Positions 34,198 to 39,366 of a stretch of DNA of 39,366 bases are shown here, one piece after another (the first letter of the stretch is position 1; each line of letters begins with the position of its first letter). Source of the stretch: Ruminococcus sp. (lineage in GTDB: Bacteria > Bacillota > Clostridia > Oscillospirales > Ruminococcaceae); the NCBI GenBank assembly GCA_051882155.1, contig JBJERG010000051.1, positions 1-39,366 on the forward strand, in the 5' to 3' direction. Below the pieces are notes generated by a model, which had not been told where the DNA came from, made no database searches, and saw only the letters and a list, made by a program, of their open reading frames with translations. Both the position numbers and the translations under genes were made by a program.

Positions 34198-35370
34198 TCA
34201 CATTTCGGCAAACAAGTTCAATACCTTTTTACTATTTTTTAAATTACGGACACATTTTTTCACCGTATCAGCAAGAACCATAACCTCTCTGTCACTATTG
34301 AACACAGAAGGAGCAAATCTTATTGTGCCTTCCGGTGTATTATTTGATTTATGGGCAAGAGGCGCACAGTGAAGTCCTGCTCTCAGGCAGAAGCCTTTGC
34401 TGCTGAGGTATTCGGCTGCTTCTTCAGAGGGTACGCCTTCTATATTAAAGGAAACTATGGGAACATAGGAAAGATTCTTCTTCCTGTATACCGTTACTCC
34501 CGGAATATCCTTTATACCGCTTATAAACAGGCTGCAGAGCCTGTTTTCATGCTCATAGATATTTTTTATGCCCTTCTTTTTCACAAAGTCAATCCCTGCA
34601 CCCATGGATGCCGCACCGATAATATTCTGAGTGCCGCTTTCCAGTCTGTCCGGCAGAAAATCCGGCTGCTCCGGATGTGCCGAGGCACTGCCTGTTCCTC
34701 CGTACATGAGGGGCTTTATGGGAAATTTACAGTCCGTCATCAGAAGACCTGTTCCCGTAATGCCGTAGAGTCCCTTGTGACCTGCTGTACACAGCACGGA
34801 AATGTTATCCTTTTCAAGGGATACAGGAAGTACGCCGCAGACCTGGGCGCCGTCCGCTATTAGGCATATTCCCTTTTCCCTGCACAGCTTTCCTATACGC
34901 CTTACCGGCAGGATCTGTCCTGTGACGTTGCTTGCCATGGTGCATATTACAGCCTTTGTTTCCGGACGTACTGCACTTCTGATATTTTCTATGGTTTTTT
35001 CGTCATCATCAGAGATCTCTGCTATAGTGCAGGTGATGATCCCTTCCTTTACAAGTGCCGCCACCGGACGATACACTGAATTATGCTCCAGACTGCTTAT
35101 TATAACATGATCGCCCTTTTCCAGAATGCCCTGTATGGCTGTATTAAGAGCATGGGTGCAGTTAAGGCATAAAATGGTATTTTCCGGCTTTGCGTCAAAA
35201 AATTCCGCCGCTGTTTCTCTTACGGAATACACCATTTCAGATGTGCGCCTTGTCAGCTCATGACCTCCTCTGCCTGCGTTCCCGCCGTATAATATCATGG
35301 CGTCTGATACGGCATTCCGGACGCTTCTGGGTTTAGGATAGGTGGTGGCTGCGTTGTCGAAGTTTATCAT
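34198..35370 (-). CDS. Class V PLP aminotransferase, cysteine desulfurase-like
   Basis: NFDNAATT, EHNSV, DGAQ, GHKGL, ESGT, RAGLHCAP. Confidence 0.93.
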   Translation of the reverse strand: MINFDNAATTYPKPRSVRNAVSDAMILYGGNAGRGGHELTRRTSEMVYSVRETAAEFFDAKPENTILCLNCTHALNTAIQGILEKGDHVIISSLEHNSVYRPVAALVKEGIITCTIAEISDDDEKTIENIRSAVRPETKAVICTMASNVTGQILPVRRIGKLCREKGICLIADGAQVCGVLPVSLEKDNISVLCTAGHKGLYGITGTGLLMTDCKFPIKPLMYGGTGSASAHPEQPDFLPDRLESGTQNIIGAASMGAGIDFVKKKGIKNIYEHENRLCSLFISGIKDIPGVTVYRKKNLSYVPIVSFNIEGVPSEEAAEYLSSKGFCLRAGLHCAPLAHKSNNTPEGTIRFAPSVFNSDREVMVLADTVKKCVRNLKNSKKVLNLFAEM

Positions 35371-35597
35371 TCTTCGTACCTCCGCAGATTCTCCGGTTTT
35401 TTATAGGGTATTCCGCCGCTGACCAGTATATCTGTCACACTCGTACAGTCGCCGTTTACTATAAGCATAAACCCACAGCCTTCCATACTGGTATGGGTGG
35501 TGCGTTTTATCTGTGATTTATAGCCGTAGCCTTCAAGCAATTTCTGTGCTTTACGTGCGTGAGTATAAGATTCCAATACAATTTTGCATCCCAACAC
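35367..35597 (-). CDS. DUF3343-like small protein
   Basis: S.THA.KAQKLL...GCG motif, 76 aa, coupled to the desulfurase-like gene. Confidence 0.75.
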   Translation of the reverse strand: MLGCKIVLESYTHARKAQKLLEGYGYKSQIKRTTHTSMEGCGFMLIVNGDCTSVTDILVSGGIPYKKPENLRRYEE

Positions 35598-35719
35598 TGT
35601 GATCCCTCCTTTTTTGTCAGGATACTACATTATATCGGAAAATGCTCCTTCCGGTTACACCGCAAAAAAGGAAGCCATGCACTTGCTGCACAGCTTCCTT
35701 CACTTTATAACGGCTATTG

Positions 35720-36898
35720 TCAGTCAGCGTCACTGACCACGCCGTTTTTATCTATTGATATACCATATGACATTGATATCATACGGCTGTAAAATGATTC
35801 CTGTTCCGAGGGAGTATCTATATATTTCACCTGACAGCCGGACTGCACTGCCGGCACTATTTTAAGCTCTGTACTGATATTGTCTTTTGTTCCGGTAATA
35901 TGCAGCTCAGCAAGCATGGTATCCATTGTCTTGCCGTTGAACCAGTAATTTCCCAGGGAATAAACAATGGGCTTGCCCTTGTAAAAATCTATTCCCTGAA
36001 GGCAGTGGGTATGATCGCCGATAACAGCGTCAGCTCCTGCATCTATCAGACCGTTTCCGGTTGTGAGCTGATAATCCTCCAGATATGTAACGCCTTCTAT
36101 GCCCCAGTGCATATACACCACCACATAGTCAGCATTTTCCTTTGCTTCCTTTACCCTTTCATACAGAAGGGCCGGCTCCACCGTTCTGAATACACCCGGC
36201 TGATTTTCGGCTGCCTCTCTTGTGAGCATCTGCCACTCAACTCTTGTGCCGGAAATAAAGGCAACCTTCAGTCCTTCCAGGTCATAGTAATATATGGAAG
36301 AGGCTTCCTCCAGGTCCTTGCCTGCGCCTACACGTTTTATGCCTGCATTGTCCAGGGTTTCCAGAGTATCAAGAAGTGCCTCCTCGCCGTAGTCGAACAT
36401 ATGATTATTTGCAAGGGATACTATATCAACCCCAAGATCTTTCAGTATCTTTACATTTTCCGGATTTCCTCTGTATGTATAATCCTTGTAGGGAATCGCA
36501 CTTCCTCTTAAAGAGTAGGGAAATTCGTTGTTCACGAAGCATATATCCGCAGACTGCATATGACTTACCATAGTTTCATCTATGCACTTTGTGATATCCT
36601 CGCCATTGCTTTTCCAGTATGCAGTGGTATATGCACTGTCTGCGGCGCATACATCTCCCGAAAAGCATAGTGTATAGTCAAATTTCACAGGCTCAGTGGC
36701 TTCGGTGGATTCCTCAGCAGAAGACAGCTCCTCAGAAGGAACTTCTGCCTTTATTTCCTCAGCAGCATTCTTTCCGTAATCTGCGTTTACATTCACCGTC
36801 TGCTCAATGTTTTTTCCGCAGCCTGTCATTATACCGGCTATAGCCGCTGCACATATCAGTACAGCGGCTATGCGGTGGTTTAAGGAACTTTTTTTCAT
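35720..36898 (-). CDS. CapA/PGA_cap metallophosphatase-family lipoprotein
   Basis: Lipobox MTGC; GD, NNE, LANNHMFDYG, HWG, GDHTH, YSLGN motifs; start MKKSSL at 36898. Confidence 0.9.
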   Translation of the reverse strand: MKKSSLNHRIAAVLICAAAIAGIMTGCGKNIEQTVNVNADYGKNAAEEIKAEVPSEELSSAEESTEATEPVKFDYTLCFSGDVCAADSAYTTAYWKSNGEDITKCIDETMVSHMQSADICFVNNEFPYSLRGSAIPYKDYTYRGNPENVKILKDLGVDIVSLANNHMFDYGEEALLDTLETLDNAGIKRVGAGKDLEEASSIYYYDLEGLKVAFISGTRVEWQMLTREAAENQPGVFRTVEPALLYERVKEAKENADYVVVYMHWGIEGVTYLEDYQLTTGNGLIDAGADAVIGDHTHCLQGIDFYKGKPIVYSLGNYWFNGKTMDTMLAELHITGTKDNISTELKIVPAVQSGCQVKYIDTPSEQESFYSRMISMSYGISIDKNGVVSDAD

Positions 36899-36935
36899 AC
36901 GTCCTCTCCCAATATATATTTTATTTCCGGAATTA

Positions 36936-37109
36936 AGGCAATACCACACAAAGACTGTACGCAAGATGCGCCGTCAGATTTTTTGTCAGATGAAACAAAA
37001 AACGCAGTGAATACTTTGTGTATTCACGAGGCTTTTTGTGAAATATGGCGGAAAAGCTGCAAGCAGATTGCGTGCAGAGCCGTCAGGCGTGCTTTGTGCG
37101 GTGTTGCCT
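36936..37109. mobile_element. 174-bp MITE-like element with 18-bp terminal inverted repeats
   Basis: AGGCAATACCACACAAAG (36936-36953) versus CTTTGTGCGGTGTTGCCT (37092-37109), 16/18 match; central hairpin GTGAATAC-TTTGT-GTATTCAC; no credible CDS. Confidence 0.7.
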
Positions 37110-37110
37110 C

Positions 37111-38760
<1,650 letters not shown>

Positions 38761-38780
38761 TTATAATAGTAAGCTTACGC

Positions 38781-39074
38781 TTATTCAGCTACTGCCATGA
38801 TCTCGCTCTCGTAAGCCAGTGTGTATTCTTCGCCCTCAAGCTTTATTGTCTGACCTGCGTTCTTGCTCATCAGAACCTTGTCGCCAACCTTTACGCTCAT
38901 TGGAATAAGTTCGCCGTTTGAAGCATATTTGCCATTGCCGCAGGCTACTACCTCGCCCATTACAGGTTCGCCTGTTACAGCCTTAGGTGAAAGCAGAAGT
39001 CCTCCTGCTGTCTTCTCTTCCTTTGCCTCTGCAATCTTTATCAGTACTCTGTCAGAAAGCGGTTTGATATTCAT
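38781..39074 (-). CDS. groS: Co-chaperonin GroES
   Basis: IKPLSDRVLI, mobile loop KTAGGLLL, VKVGDKV; AAGGAGG RBS before ATG 39074. Confidence 0.97.
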   Translation of the reverse strand: MNIKPLSDRVLIKIAEAKEEKTAGGLLLSPKAVTGEPVMGEVVACGNGKYASNGELIPMSVKVGDKVLMSKNAGQTIKLEGEEYTLAYESEIMAVAE

Positions 39075-39114
39075 ATGAACTCCTCCTTGTGTTATCACTA
39101 TGTCTTTTGAACTG

Positions 39115-39141
39115 TTAGCACTCTTGCTTCCTGAGTGCTAA
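39115..39141. promoter_or_regulatory. CIRCE operator (HrcA site)
   Basis: Perfect TTAGCACTC-N9-GAGTGCTAA upstream of groES; minus-strand extended -10 TGGTAAAAT at 39146-39154. Confidence 0.97.
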
Positions 39142-39366
39142 TTCTATTTTACCACCTTTTCAAAAAAAATCAAGGCTTTTTTCAATTTTCGGCGTTTTAT
39201 ACAACAAATTCATTTTACCATTTTTTTACTTGTTGCATATGCTATATTTTATGCTGCTCTTCTCCTGCTGCTCAGTTCAAAAATGTATTAATTAATATTT
39301 TTAATCAATACACATTATTTTCTACGCAAATTCATAATTTACAATTAAGACATTAAATGTAGGCTA

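Noticed and set aside
39092-39118. Second degenerate CIRCE (TTATCACTA-N9-AACTGTTAG)
   Set aside because: Too many mismatches in the right half to support.

Overview
Core chromosomal segment of a sporulating, dockerin-using Firmicute; the gene set, dockerin style and sigma-A promoters point to a Ruminococcus-like member of the Oscillospiraceae (inference). Housekeeping blocks are ylxM-ffh-rpsP-khpA-rimM-trmD, SRP RNA-dnaX-ybaB-recR, tRNA-Asn, glgP, udp, adhE, spoIIGA-sigE, cdaA-cdaR and CIRCE-groES-groEL. Accessory genes are four secreted dockerin proteins with no glycoside hydrolase family I can recognise (papain-like protease, lysozyme-like+SH3b, C39-like peptidase, triple CBM-like module+Ig), an AT-rich PadR+CPBP islet behind the tRNA, a dedA-pssA-psd operon facing a CiaRH-like two-component system, and a GT-C-like membrane protein. 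The most unusual non-coding signals are (1) a ~600-bp nested palindrome between recR and ylxM, (2) a ~340-nt multi-hairpin leader with mutually exclusive pairings ahead of the lysozyme-like dockerin gene, and (3) two further small palindromic or MITE-like elements. No integrase, transposase, CRISPR array or rRNA is visible. All calls come from reading the sequence by eye; no searches or folding programs were run.
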